DNA of 64,000 nt from an uncultured bacterium (GCA_965233025.1 CBDDRH010000110.1:14272-78271), one strand, 5' to 3'; shown: positions 30,549 to 39,098, counted from the first letter of the stretch. Notes: generated by a model not told the origin, from the letters alone. Made by a program: numbers and translations.

Positions 30549-30564
30549 GTCACCAAGACGCGAT

Positions 30565-31062
30565 ATGAGCGCCATCAATTTACCCAAAGAACAAGACCTG
30601 GTCGAATACCGAGTGGATCGCATCCTAGAAGAGGCCAACACCGACACGAGAATCGTCGTCTTAGCGCGACAGGACGGCGTCCCTGATACGTTTCCAATTT
30701 GGGTTGGAGCCGCAGAAGGTAATGCCATTAAACTCGCGCTCGATACCATGATCACACCACGGCCAATGAGCCATGATTTGATCAAGAGTTTCGCCGAACA
30801 TTTGGACATCACGATTCAACGCGTCGTCATTGTAGACGTCAAGAGTAGCACCTATTACGCTATGCTCCATGTCTCCAATAAAGGCGTGGAGCGGACAATC
30901 GATGCCAGGCCCAGCGATGCAATCTCGTTGGCCCTCAGGGCTCCTTGCCCGATCTACATTACCCAGGATGTGATGAAGCGGCGAAGCACAACAAATCTCG
31001 ACGCCTGGCTGGCGAAACTAGAGGCGAAAGATATCGGAACACCGGAAGTGCAGGAAACTTGA
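30565..31062 (+). CDS. bifunctional nuclease family protein (DUF151/BFN), paralog 2
   Basis: [26 protein letters not shown] and [16 protein letters not shown] track start 30418 overlaps paralog 1, so ATG 30565 ([10 protein letters not shown]) is preferred. Confidence 0.8.
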   Translation: MSAINLPKEQDLVEYRVDRILEEANTDTRIVVLARQDGVPDTFPIWVGAAEGNAIKLALDTMITPRPMSHDLIKSFAEHLDITIQRVVIVDVKSSTYYAMLHVSNKGVERTIDARPSDAISLALRAPCPIYITQDVMKRRSTTNLDAWLAKLEAKDIGTPEVQET

Positions 31063-31093
31063 TTTATTCGATAGCGAAGGAGCGGGAAGAGCA

Positions 31094-31522
31094 ATGTTGA
31101 CCTACATGCAAAAGCCTTTGGACGTGCAGGAAAAGTGGTACCTCGTAAATGCCGAAGGGAAAACGCTGGGCCGATTGGCATCTCGCGTCGCCGGGATATT
31201 GCGCGGCAAACACCGGCCAACCTTTACCCCCCATGTGGACATGGGCGATCATATCGTGATCGTGAATGCCGAGAAGATCCATTTAACCGGCAACAAAATG
31301 GAAACGAAACTCTATAGACGCCACAGCGGCTTTCCTGGCGGGCTCAAGACCGCGACGGCGCAGCATGTCTTCCGAAAGGATCCGACAGAACTCTTGACTA
31401 AAGCGATCGAGGGCATGCTTCCCAAGAACCCGTTGGGGAATCATATGGCAAAGAAACTCCGCGTCTACGTCGGGCCCACTCACCCGCATCAGGCGCAACA
31501 ACCGGAACCGATCACTCTATAA
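31094..31522 (+). CDS. rplM: 50S ribosomal protein L13
   Basis: [47 protein letters not shown] is a canonical L13 sequence. Confidence 0.97.
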   Translation: MLTYMQKPLDVQEKWYLVNAEGKTLGRLASRVAGILRGKHRPTFTPHVDMGDHIVIVNAEKIHLTGNKMETKLYRRHSGFPGGLKTATAQHVFRKDPTELLTKAIEGMLPKNPLGNHMAKKLRVYVGPTHPHQAQQPEPITL

Positions 31523-31560
31523 ATTGTTATCACCGCAAGCGAAGAAGGAGACGTTGTAGC

Positions 31561-31953
31561 ATGGCAGTAGCGACTCAATATGCAACCGGACGACGAAAGT
31601 GCGCGATTGCCAGAGCCTGGGTCACCGGGAGGGCAGGCGACATTACGATCAACGATCAACCGATCGAGAAAGCTTTTCCACGACTGACCTTGCGGCAGAT
31701 TATTCAGTTCCCGCTCGAGATCGGTGGCGTGATGGGACAGTACTCCATTAAAGCCACCGTACATGGCGGTGGACCGACCGGCCAAGCCGGCGCCCTGCGT
31801 CATGCTATCGCACGCGCGTTGGTGGAGCTCAACCAACCCCTTCGTACGCCCTTGAAGAAGGAAGGCTTGCTGACACGTGACTCGCGCGTCAAAGAGCGGA
31901 AGAAGTACGGACAGAAGGGTGCGAGGAAGCGGTTCCAGTACTCGAAACGATAA
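31561..31953 (+). CDS. rpsI: 30S ribosomal protein S9
   Basis: GRRKCAIARAW, GGGPTGQAGALRHAIARAL, and the C-terminal KKYGQKGARKRFQYSKR. Confidence 0.97.
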   Translation: MAVATQYATGRRKCAIARAWVTGRAGDITINDQPIEKAFPRLTLRQIIQFPLEIGGVMGQYSIKATVHGGGPTGQAGALRHAIARALVELNQPLRTPLKKEGLLTRDSRVKERKKYGQKGARKRFQYSKR

Positions 31954-31975
31954 TCGTCGGAGCCACAGACAGAGA

Positions 31976-32005
31976 AAGGGAAGGCTCCACGCCTTCCCTT
32001 TTTTT
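31976..32005 (+). terminator. rho-independent terminator after rpsI
   Basis: AAGGGAAGGC-tccac-GCCTTCCCTT followed by a T-run ending at 32005. Confidence 0.7.
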
Positions 32006-32036
32006 GTGCCCGTGGCGCACATGGCAGGTGATAGAG

Positions 32037-33110
32037 ATGAAAAAGGTACGCGTCGCAATTGCAGGAGCCAGTGGATATGCCGGAGCGGAGCTCGTTCGCC
32101 TGGCAGTTCTCCATCCACACTTTGATCTCCACGCTGTGACATCGGAAAAATCCGCGGGGACTCCCGTGGCAGCGGTCTTCCCCAGTCTGGCCGGCCTCGT
32201 ACCTCTCTCGTTTCAAGCGCTCTCACCCGAAGCCTTAGCAGAACAGACAGACGCGGTCTTCTTGGCCCTTCCCCATACCAAATCATTGGAGCCGGTCTCT
32301 GCCTGCCTCAAAACCGGTAAACTGGTCGTGGACCTCAGCGCCGACTACCGCCTCACGGATCCCGCTGTCTATGAACAGTGGTATAAAACACCGCATAGCT
32401 ATCCGGACTTGCTGAAGGACGCAGTCTATGGACTCCCTGAGCTGCATCGAACCGCCATTGCCAAAGCGAAGTTGGTGGCCTCGCCTGGCTGTTACCCCAC
32501 AGCAGCCGTTCTGCAATTGGCCCCGCTCTTTGCCCAGGGACTCGTGCAGCCACACACCGTCGTCATCGATGCAAAGTCCGGCATCTCCGGGGCCGGACGA
32601 AGCCCGGCGCTCCCCTACCATTTTCCTGAAGCCCACGAATCCTTAGAGCCCTACAAAATCGGAGGGCACCGTCACATCCCTGAGATCGAGCAAGAACTCG
32701 GCAGATTACTTCGACGAATCTCGCAGCCATCGGACACAATGGCCGCACAGCCGATCGTCACATTCACCCCACACCTTGTCCCGATGAACCGTGGCATCCT
32801 GAGCACCGCCTATTGCAAGCTGAAGAGTCCAATGGCCTTGCCGGACTTGCGCGCCTTGTACCGAGACTATTACAAGGGTGAGCGATTCGTCAGGGTCCAG
32901 GAGGACATCGTACCGAATCCGCGCTACATCAAGGGCTCCAACTATTGCGACATCGGAGTCTACCTTGACCCTCGCACAGGATCAGTCATTACCGTGGCTG
33001 CCCTGGATAATCTTGTGAAAGGGGCCGCAGGACAGGCCATTCAGGCCATGAATCTCATGTTGGGCCTCCCCGAAGAGACAGGGCTGACGGCTCCCGCTGC
33101 CTACCCCTAG
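32037..33110 (+). CDS. argC: N-acetyl-gamma-glutamyl-phosphate reductase
   Basis: MKKVRVAIAGASGYAG Rossmann start and active-site SPGCYPTA. ORF track start 32004 lies inside the terminator tail. Confidence 0.93.
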   Translation: MKKVRVAIAGASGYAGAELVRLAVLHPHFDLHAVTSEKSAGTPVAAVFPSLAGLVPLSFQALSPEALAEQTDAVFLALPHTKSLEPVSACLKTGKLVVDLSADYRLTDPAVYEQWYKTPHSYPDLLKDAVYGLPELHRTAIAKAKLVASPGCYPTAAVLQLAPLFAQGLVQPHTVVIDAKSGISGAGRSPALPYHFPEAHESLEPYKIGGHRHIPEIEQELGRLLRRISQPSDTMAAQPIVTFTPHLVPMNRGILSTAYCKLKSPMALPDLRALYRDYYKGERFVRVQEDIVPNPRYIKGSNYCDIGVYLDPRTGSVITVAALDNLVKGAAGQAIQAMNLMLGLPEETGLTAPAAYP

Positions 33111-33232
33111 CAGGATGCTGAAAAAGACCACCAGCGGCGTTCTCACTTCGCGAAGAGGCTCAACGTACCGAAACGTACGCTTCGCCTCTCCGCTTGCTGC
33201 GGCCTTGCTGGACGGCCTTTTTGAGCATCCTA
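33111..33232 (+). repeat. MITE/REP-like inverted-repeat element (family A, copy 1)
   Basis: Begins directly after the argC TAG. Termini are CAGGATGCTGAAAAAGACC and GGCCTTTTTGAGCATCCTAC, inverted with 17 of 19 matching. About 70 percent identical by eye to 34568..34693. Confidence 0.8.
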
Positions 33233-33337
33233 CGCGGTGTTCTTTTATTCTTCTAGATGTGCAGACATTTGAATTTCAACAGTGCCACAAGAGTTTTCCG
33301 CAGATACCTAGTCCACATTGAGCAGGATTTCTCGCTC

Positions 33338-34567
33338 ATGAACATGACAAAAAAAATACCGACACCATCTCCACGCCACGGGATCACCGCCCCGCAGGGA
33401 TTCCTGGCAGCCGGCATCCATTGCGGCATCAAGAAGCCAGGCTTGCCAGACCTCGCACTCGTCGTCTCAGAGCAGAGTGGGCCCGTCGCCGGGGTTTTCA
33501 CACAAAATCAAGTGGTCGCGGCGCCGGTTATTGTTGATCTTCTCCATCTGCGCCAGGGAGTTGGACGGGCCATTCTCATCAACAGCGGTAACGCGAATGC
33601 TTGTACCGGCGCCAAGGGATTGGCTGCCGCAAAGAAAACCGCACGGTTGCTTGCGCGACACATCGGAGTACCCGCACACCAAATCTTCATCGGGTCCACC
33701 GGCGTCATCGGTCGTGTGTTGCCGGTTGATCGAATCATCAAAGGTATGCCGCAGTTGCTCACTCGGCTCAGCGACCATGGCGGTCCGGATGCCGCCAGGG
33801 CGATCATGACAACCGACATCCGCCCTAAATCCATCGCCGTTCAAGACACGATCGGCAATCGCTTGATCACCATCGGCGGAATGGCCAAGGGCTCTGGAAT
33901 GATCCATCCCAATATGGCCACGATGCTGGCCTATTTCACCACAGACGCATCAATCACGAGACGCGCACTCCAACAGGCCCTCAGTCTGGCGGTTAAAGAG
34001 TCATTCAATTGCATCACGGTTGATGGAGACACCAGCACCAACGATACCGTCCTGTGCATGGCGAACGGGCTAGCTCAGAACCGCACAATCAAGGAAGGCA
34101 CAGTTGCCTATCGCCGGTTCCTTCAGCTCCTGACAGAAGCCTGCCAGACTCTCGCATTGGCGATTTGTCGCGATGGGGAAGGTGTCACCAAAGTGGTGAA
34201 GATTGAGGTGACCGGAGCATCTACCGTCGCGCAGGCACGGCAGGTAGCCCAAACCATTGCAACCTCGAACCTGGTGAAGACCGCCCTGTTTGGCGAAGAT
34301 GCCAATTGGGGTCGAGTCATGGCGGCGATCGGTCGAGCCGGGGTTCCGATTACTCCTTCTAATCTGAGTGTGTGGTTTGGTGGAGTCCCGATGGTATATC
34401 GAGGGATCGGGCTCGGGCTCGCTGCTGAACGCCGAATCGCAAAGGTCTTTCGCCTAAAAGAGTTTACGATCACCGTTGGACTTGGGCGAGGCCATCACCG
34501 GGCTCATATGTGGACGACCGATCTGTCCTTTGACTATGTGCGCATCAACGCAAGCTACCGATCATAG
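33338..34567 (+). CDS. argJ: bifunctional ornithine acetyltransferase / N-acetylglutamate synthase
   Basis: GITAPQGFLAAGIHCGIKK and the autoproteolysis site ATMLAYFTTDA. Start ATG 33338 preferred over 33257. Confidence 0.93.
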   Translation: MNMTKKIPTPSPRHGITAPQGFLAAGIHCGIKKPGLPDLALVVSEQSGPVAGVFTQNQVVAAPVIVDLLHLRQGVGRAILINSGNANACTGAKGLAAAKKTARLLARHIGVPAHQIFIGSTGVIGRVLPVDRIIKGMPQLLTRLSDHGGPDAARAIMTTDIRPKSIAVQDTIGNRLITIGGMAKGSGMIHPNMATMLAYFTTDASITRRALQQALSLAVKESFNCITVDGDTSTNDTVLCMANGLAQNRTIKEGTVAYRRFLQLLTEACQTLALAICRDGEGVTKVVKIEVTGASTVAQARQVAQTIATSNLVKTALFGEDANWGRVMAAIGRAGVPITPSNLSVWFGGVPMVYRGIGLGLAAERRIAKVFRLKEFTITVGLGRGHHRAHMWTTDLSFDYVRINASYRS

Positions 34568-34693
34568 CAGGATGCTGAAAAAGCCCGTCAGCATCGTGCT
34601 CGCATCGCTCAGATCCTCAACGTACCCCAAGAGAGTACGCCTCCCGATCTTCGCTCGCTGCGGCCTAGCTGAATGGCCTTTTTGAGCATACTG
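34568..34693 (+). repeat. MITE/REP-like inverted-repeat element (family A, copy 2)
   Basis: Begins directly after the argJ TAG. Termini are CAGGATGCTGAAAAAGCCC and GGCCTTTTTGAGCATACTG. Same orientation as copy 1. Confidence 0.8.
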
Positions 34694-34875
34694 CACAGGG
34701 TTCCACAGCCTGCTAGACCTTGCCCTGCCAATGGCGTCTGTTTGACTTCTCGGTCTGGAAGGCGCAGCATGTTTGACCTAATCCACGAAACACAGAGGAC
34801 GGTGATGTCTCTATCATAGTAGCTATCATCGATAAGACGCGATACGGACTTACCATCACACTAAAGGAGGCTGAA

Positions 34876-35097
34876 ATGAAACGACTAGCAGCTTTTTCGG
34901 CCGCACTGACCCTGGGATCGCCCGCGCTCGCCCTGGCGGAAGAACTTGGGGGATATCGAGGGATCGGAACGCTCTACTTCACCTTCATGGGCGCAATCCT
35001 GATCTATGGCGTCTACGATGCTTTTGGTAAGAAGGCGATGTACGTGATGGCCCCGATTATTGTGGTCGGGCTCTATCTGATGTTACCTGCACACTAG
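34876..35097 (+). CDS. small membrane protein, hypothetical
   Basis: 73 aa. Strong SD (AAGGAGG) 6 nt upstream of the ATG, a signal-like N-terminus (ALTLGSPALALA), and two hydrophobic helices. Confidence 0.5.
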   Translation: MKRLAAFSAALTLGSPALALAEELGGYRGIGTLYFTFMGAILIYGVYDAFGKKAMYVMAPIIVVGLYLMLPAH

Positions 35098-35136
35098 AGG
35101 CTAACGGCATAGTGCGGTGGAAAAGGGTTGGCCTGC

Positions 35137-36243
35137 CTAATCCAACCAGTCCTTCTCTTTCAGTTTCCGTGGAAGGTATTTTTTCGTGAGGTACTGGAAG
35201 TCTTTGTTGGCGAGGGCGTCCAGTTCATATTTGAGTCCGCTTGCGAGCATCCGCTTAATTTCCGCCTGCCACGCCGGTTTCTGGAACCACTGATAGTTGA
35301 GAAGCTCTTTCGCACGTGCGATGTCCTTCTCATTTAATTTGATCCCAACGTTGCGCGGAAGTTCGTACCGTTCTGGGTCGGCACTGGACAAACCGATGAA
35401 CTTGGCTTTGGGAATCGCCATCCTTTGGCTCTCGAAGGCCAGATTGATCGAGCCTTGCTTGACGACGGAATAGATATAGTACCCCCAGGGGTCGTTATCG
35501 ACTAGGACATAGACCGGAAGCTTATATTCTTCGTGTAGTCGCCGTGCTAACCGCCGAACCCCACGTGGCGGTTGCCCATTGCCCGTCAACAGGACGCAAT
35601 TATAGCGACGCCAAAATTTATCTTCCGAGAGGCGATTCCACTGCGTGCCTTTTTCGACCAAGAGCACGAAGTCCGCCGTGCAGCGGCGGATCTCCACATA
35701 TTCCGGCTCGACAATCGACGGAACCGAGTAACCGCCTTTGCCCAGCTTGGCACAATCCACGCGATCGCCGTCGTCCCCAAGCACGAGCGGGCCCACGACA
35801 CTCCCACCGTTCTCTGCGCGCACATGTAACTCTTCGCGGAGTGCTACGAGCGATACTTCCAGGTCCTCGATGATCGGGTCCGATTCGTCCTGGGTATCGA
35901 AGGTATTCTCGTGCGAGTCCTGGATCGTGTGTTTAGTCCGGTAGTAGATCTCTCTGAGCGAGGTCGTCAATTCTGCGCGCTGCAGTTCGGAGAGGGCATC
36001 CGCGACCAACATGGTCTGCATGAATTTCTTGGCCATGCCTACGTTGAAGAATGAACGGGCCTGTTTCTTATCCCCCATCTCAAGCAGGCCCTTGCGCTCG
36101 TTGAACGTCACGTTCGAAAGGGCGCGAATCGGAATCGCCATCGTCGGATCTTTAGCCCGCTGCGCGGCTGTAATCACCAGATCGGCTAACCCGATCAATT
36201 TTTTCTGGACCGCCCCATTCTTTGTTGATTTCGTTTTCGCCAT
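35137..36243 (-). CDS. top6A: DNA topoisomerase VI subunit A (Spo11/Top6A family)
   Basis: Catalytic-Tyr context LREIYYRTKH, Toprim Glu in FVLLVEKGTQW, and acidic cluster YVLVDNDPWGYYIY. Length of 368 aa is typical for Top6A. Confidence 0.88.
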   Translation of the reverse strand: MAKTKSTKNGAVQKKLIGLADLVITAAQRAKDPTMAIPIRALSNVTFNERKGLLEMGDKKQARSFFNVGMAKKFMQTMLVADALSELQRAELTTSLREIYYRTKHTIQDSHENTFDTQDESDPIIEDLEVSLVALREELHVRAENGGSVVGPLVLGDDGDRVDCAKLGKGGYSVPSIVEPEYVEIRRCTADFVLLVEKGTQWNRLSEDKFWRRYNCVLLTGNGQPPRGVRRLARRLHEEYKLPVYVLVDNDPWGYYIYSVVKQGSINLAFESQRMAIPKAKFIGLSSADPERYELPRNVGIKLNEKDIARAKELLNYQWFQKPAWQAEIKRMLASGLKYELDALANKDFQYLTKKYLPRKLKEKDWLD

Positions 36244-36251
36244 GCGTCGTC

Positions 36252-38252
36252 CTATTTTTTCCTCCGTGGCCAGTGAGGCTTGCGACCTGTACGAACCTCA
36301 CCCGCGTGTTGCTGTAAGGAAGACCCCTTCTTCAAAAACGATGGAACGTGTGCGGCCTTGCCGATACCTTTCTTACCGGTCATGACCTTCGTGGGTTGTT
36401 TCCGTCCCGGTTTAGAGAACGGCTGCTTCTCTTCGATGTGTATTTCTTCGGGAACGTCGGCTGTCGGCGGGACATCTCCATCTATTCCTTCAGCGGTGAC
36501 AATGATGGAATGCGGTAGGCCTTCTGGTCCTGCGCCGGTCTTGCCGAGCGTTTCATCCGTCTTGATGCCGCCGGTCCGCGAGGATGCAACCTTTTGCAGC
36601 TGCGCTTTAAGCTTTTCGGTAGGCAGCTTCCCACCCTTCAGGCGGTTACAGGCTTCAACGACTTCCTCGATATAGAGCTCGAAAATATTGCGCCGCCGGT
36701 ATTCGCTCGCCGCCCGTTCGCGTCGGCGTAGAAAGAGCCCAAGTCGCCGACCGCACTCGCGGAGCGCGAGGGTAATTTCCTTATGGATCTCATCGTACTC
36801 TGCGATCGCTTCTTTGGACTCGCTGGTAAAGGGAACCCAGACGGACGCAATATGCACAAAGATGACCATGGGCCCGGCCGGCAGAGCCCCGCGTGATTGG
36901 CTGATTCCATAGTTACGCCAGGTTGTGGCAAGCACCGCCTTGAAGATCGCACAGGCAGATTGCTGATACAGCAGCGGAACCCGATTGGCATAACGAATCA
37001 CGCGTGCCAGTTCCGAGCCTCCCTCCTCCTGTTCTCCCTCCGCCAACGGCTGTATCGGCCTGTCAGGTTTCGTCGCGCCGTCCGGTGCTTGACCGAATGC
37101 CAGCCCTGTTTCAATGATGAAGGGATTGCCGCGATAGACGGAAGGAGACCGGCTCACCGCGGTATAGAACTCCCCTTTGATCTGCTTATACAGGCCTGAA
37201 AGGATCGCCTTCTCACCGATCGGCGAAAGGCAATTCGTTGGCGGCGCCATGATCTTCGTCGCTTGAATAGTGTGATAGAGCTTTTCGGCAATGGCTCCGC
37301 GAATGTCCCTGGGCTTCGCTTTGGGGGAAACCTTCGTCGTTTTGCACATCTCTTCCGCAAGCGCAGATGTCACCCGACAGAAATCGCTCGACAGGAAGCC
37401 CGAAAGAGTTTGGCTCTTGGCCTCCTGCAGCATCTTGAGGAATATTCCGAACTCGATGCCATAGGGATGAGGCTTGATTTCTTTCGGCGAAGGCGGCAGT
37501 TCGTGGTAGGCGCGTGGATATTCCTTTGTCTCGCCATCCGGCGATCGATAGATGAGTCGCACGTGCGGATTGGCAATAGACGTCTGCTCAAGATACTCGT
37601 CTACCGATGCACGCCCTTTCTGGTAGCGGCCTTCGACTTCGATCGCCACCTGCGTACCGCGGGGCTGCTCCCACTCGATCTGCTTATACTCATGAACCAG
37701 GGGTTCGTTCTTCTTCGTATCAATCTGTACTTCAAAGAAATGTGCCGAGGCTTTGGGACCAGTACGCGAGATAATCTTCACCGGTTTGCCGGTTGTCAGT
37801 TGACCGTACATCCCTGCCGCTGAAATGCCGATTCCCTGCTGACCGCGGCTCATGCGCAGGCGATGGAACTTGGAACCGTACAACAGTTTTGCAAAGATTC
37901 TTGGAATCTGTTGACGGACGATCCCGGGACCGTTGTCGGCTACCGTGACGCGAAAACGTGTCGCCTGACTTGCGGGCGGCACAGTTGAAGACCCGATAGC
38001 CACAACATCCAGCCGTACTGTGACCTCAGGAAGAATCCCGGCTTCCTCACAGGCATCCAACGCATTGTCGACCGCTTCCTTGACGCAGGTCAGCAGGGCT
38101 TTACGCGGATTGTCGAAACCGAGTAAATGCCGGTTCTTGGTGAAGAACTCGGAGACGGAAATCTCGCGCTGCCGCGCACCCATCTCCTCCGCCGAAACTG
38201 CACGAGAATCTGTTTTCTTGGACGCAGATGCAGGAGACTTATGTGTGGGCAT
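36252..38252 (-). CDS. top6B: DNA topoisomerase VI subunit B (GHKL ATPase + transducer), with basic C-terminal extension
   Basis: SVSEFFTKNRHLLGFDNPRKALLTCVKEAVDNALDA (N-box), DNGPGI (G1) and SRGQQGIGISAAGMYGQ (G2). SD GAGGA lies 5 nt before the ATG. Confidence 0.88.
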   Translation of the reverse strand: MPTHKSPASASKKTDSRAVSAEEMGARQREISVSEFFTKNRHLLGFDNPRKALLTCVKEAVDNALDACEEAGILPEVTVRLDVVAIGSSTVPPASQATRFRVTVADNGPGIVRQQIPRIFAKLLYGSKFHRLRMSRGQQGIGISAAGMYGQLTTGKPVKIISRTGPKASAHFFEVQIDTKKNEPLVHEYKQIEWEQPRGTQVAIEVEGRYQKGRASVDEYLEQTSIANPHVRLIYRSPDGETKEYPRAYHELPPSPKEIKPHPYGIEFGIFLKMLQEAKSQTLSGFLSSDFCRVTSALAEEMCKTTKVSPKAKPRDIRGAIAEKLYHTIQATKIMAPPTNCLSPIGEKAILSGLYKQIKGEFYTAVSRSPSVYRGNPFIIETGLAFGQAPDGATKPDRPIQPLAEGEQEEGGSELARVIRYANRVPLLYQQSACAIFKAVLATTWRNYGISQSRGALPAGPMVIFVHIASVWVPFTSESKEAIAEYDEIHKEITLALRECGRRLGLFLRRRERAASEYRRRNIFELYIEEVVEACNRLKGGKLPTEKLKAQLQKVASSRTGGIKTDETLGKTGAGPEGLPHSIIVTAEGIDGDVPPTADVPEEIHIEEKQPFSKPGRKQPTKVMTGKKGIGKAAHVPSFLKKGSSLQQHAGEVRTGRKPHWPRRKK

Positions 38253-38667
38253 TCATCCTCGCAAATCAATTATGCGTCGATTTTTAAACCCTCGCTCTCA
38301 ACTCTGCGGTTGAGATGACCCAGCAGATCTCGTTACGGTAGTGAGAGGATCGCTGCAGCCCATGGCGGGGTAGTAGACAGGGGAAACCGCCAACTGAAAT
38401 GAGCGGGACATTAGAGTGGGAGGAGCGCGCACCAGCCGAGGACAGCTAGGTACGGCGGAGATCTTGGCGGGACTTCAGGCTTCCCAGTCAAGCTGGGCTT
38501 GCACACCATCCCGACGCTCGATCCCCTTATGAAGCATATTCCCTCGGGGCGTTAAGCTCCCCCCACATGAATACGATATTCTTCCACGTATCTGTCAGTC
38601 AAGTATTGGCGCATTTACCCAAGCGCCCAGTCCTGCAAGTCTCGCTTGTCTCGCGCGCCATTCCACG

Positions 38668-38997
38668 TTACGCATGACCACCGTCTTCGGCTTCTTCAAA
38701 CTCGTTGATAAGCTGCTCGAGTTCGTCGAGTTCGCCCGGCCTCACATTTTGAAACGAGACCCCGAATGTGTCCCCTTCGACCCATTGCACTCGCCCCTCA
38801 TCGATTGAAACCGGTTCCTCCGCGCCGGGAATGAACAGCCGCACACGGATCACTTTTCCAGGGTAGACTTCGATGTCGCAATCGAACCTGGCGCCACCGA
38901 CTGAGAGGTCCAGAGTCACTGCTTCGATCTCATGCGAGTTCCCCAGTAGAAATCCCTGGAGCTGTGCAGGAACCCGCCGATGTTGCCGTCGTTCCAT
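38668..38997 (-). CDS. PilZ domain protein
   Basis: RRQHRRVP then DLSVGGARF, matching the RxxxR ... D/NxSxxG PilZ signature. Start ATG 38997 (MERRQHRR) preferred over 39069. Confidence 0.7.
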   Translation of the reverse strand: MERRQHRRVPAQLQGFLLGNSHEIEAVTLDLSVGGARFDCDIEVYPGKVIRVRLFIPGAEEPVSIDEGRVQWVEGDTFGVSFQNVRPGELDELEQLINEFEEAEDGGHA

Positions 38998-39098
38998 ATT
39001 ACTCACAAGATTCCTACTCCACGTATGATTCAGGAGCGATGCGGAGGAGCCAGAGCCCGTGTATCGCAAGGCTCCTTACGCAAAGCCGGAACGCTCCG

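Noticed and set aside
31489-32286. 265-aa minus-strand ORF
   Set aside because: It is antisense to rpsI and argC and crosses the rpsI terminator. It is a shadow ORF.
33115-33321. ORFs starting MLKK... (also 34476..34685) and the N/Q-rich ORF 48723..48914
   Set aside because: They are read from the repeat elements themselves. The peptide similarity simply reflects nucleotide repeats, and there are no SD sequences. I treat them as artefacts of families A and B.
38253-38667. Known RNA classes (RNase P RNA, tmRNA, SRP RNA, GEMM c-di-GMP riboswitch) in the long top6B leader
   Set aside because: None of the conserved signature strings I know for these RNAs is present on either strand. The region is kept only as an unexplained non-coding stretch.
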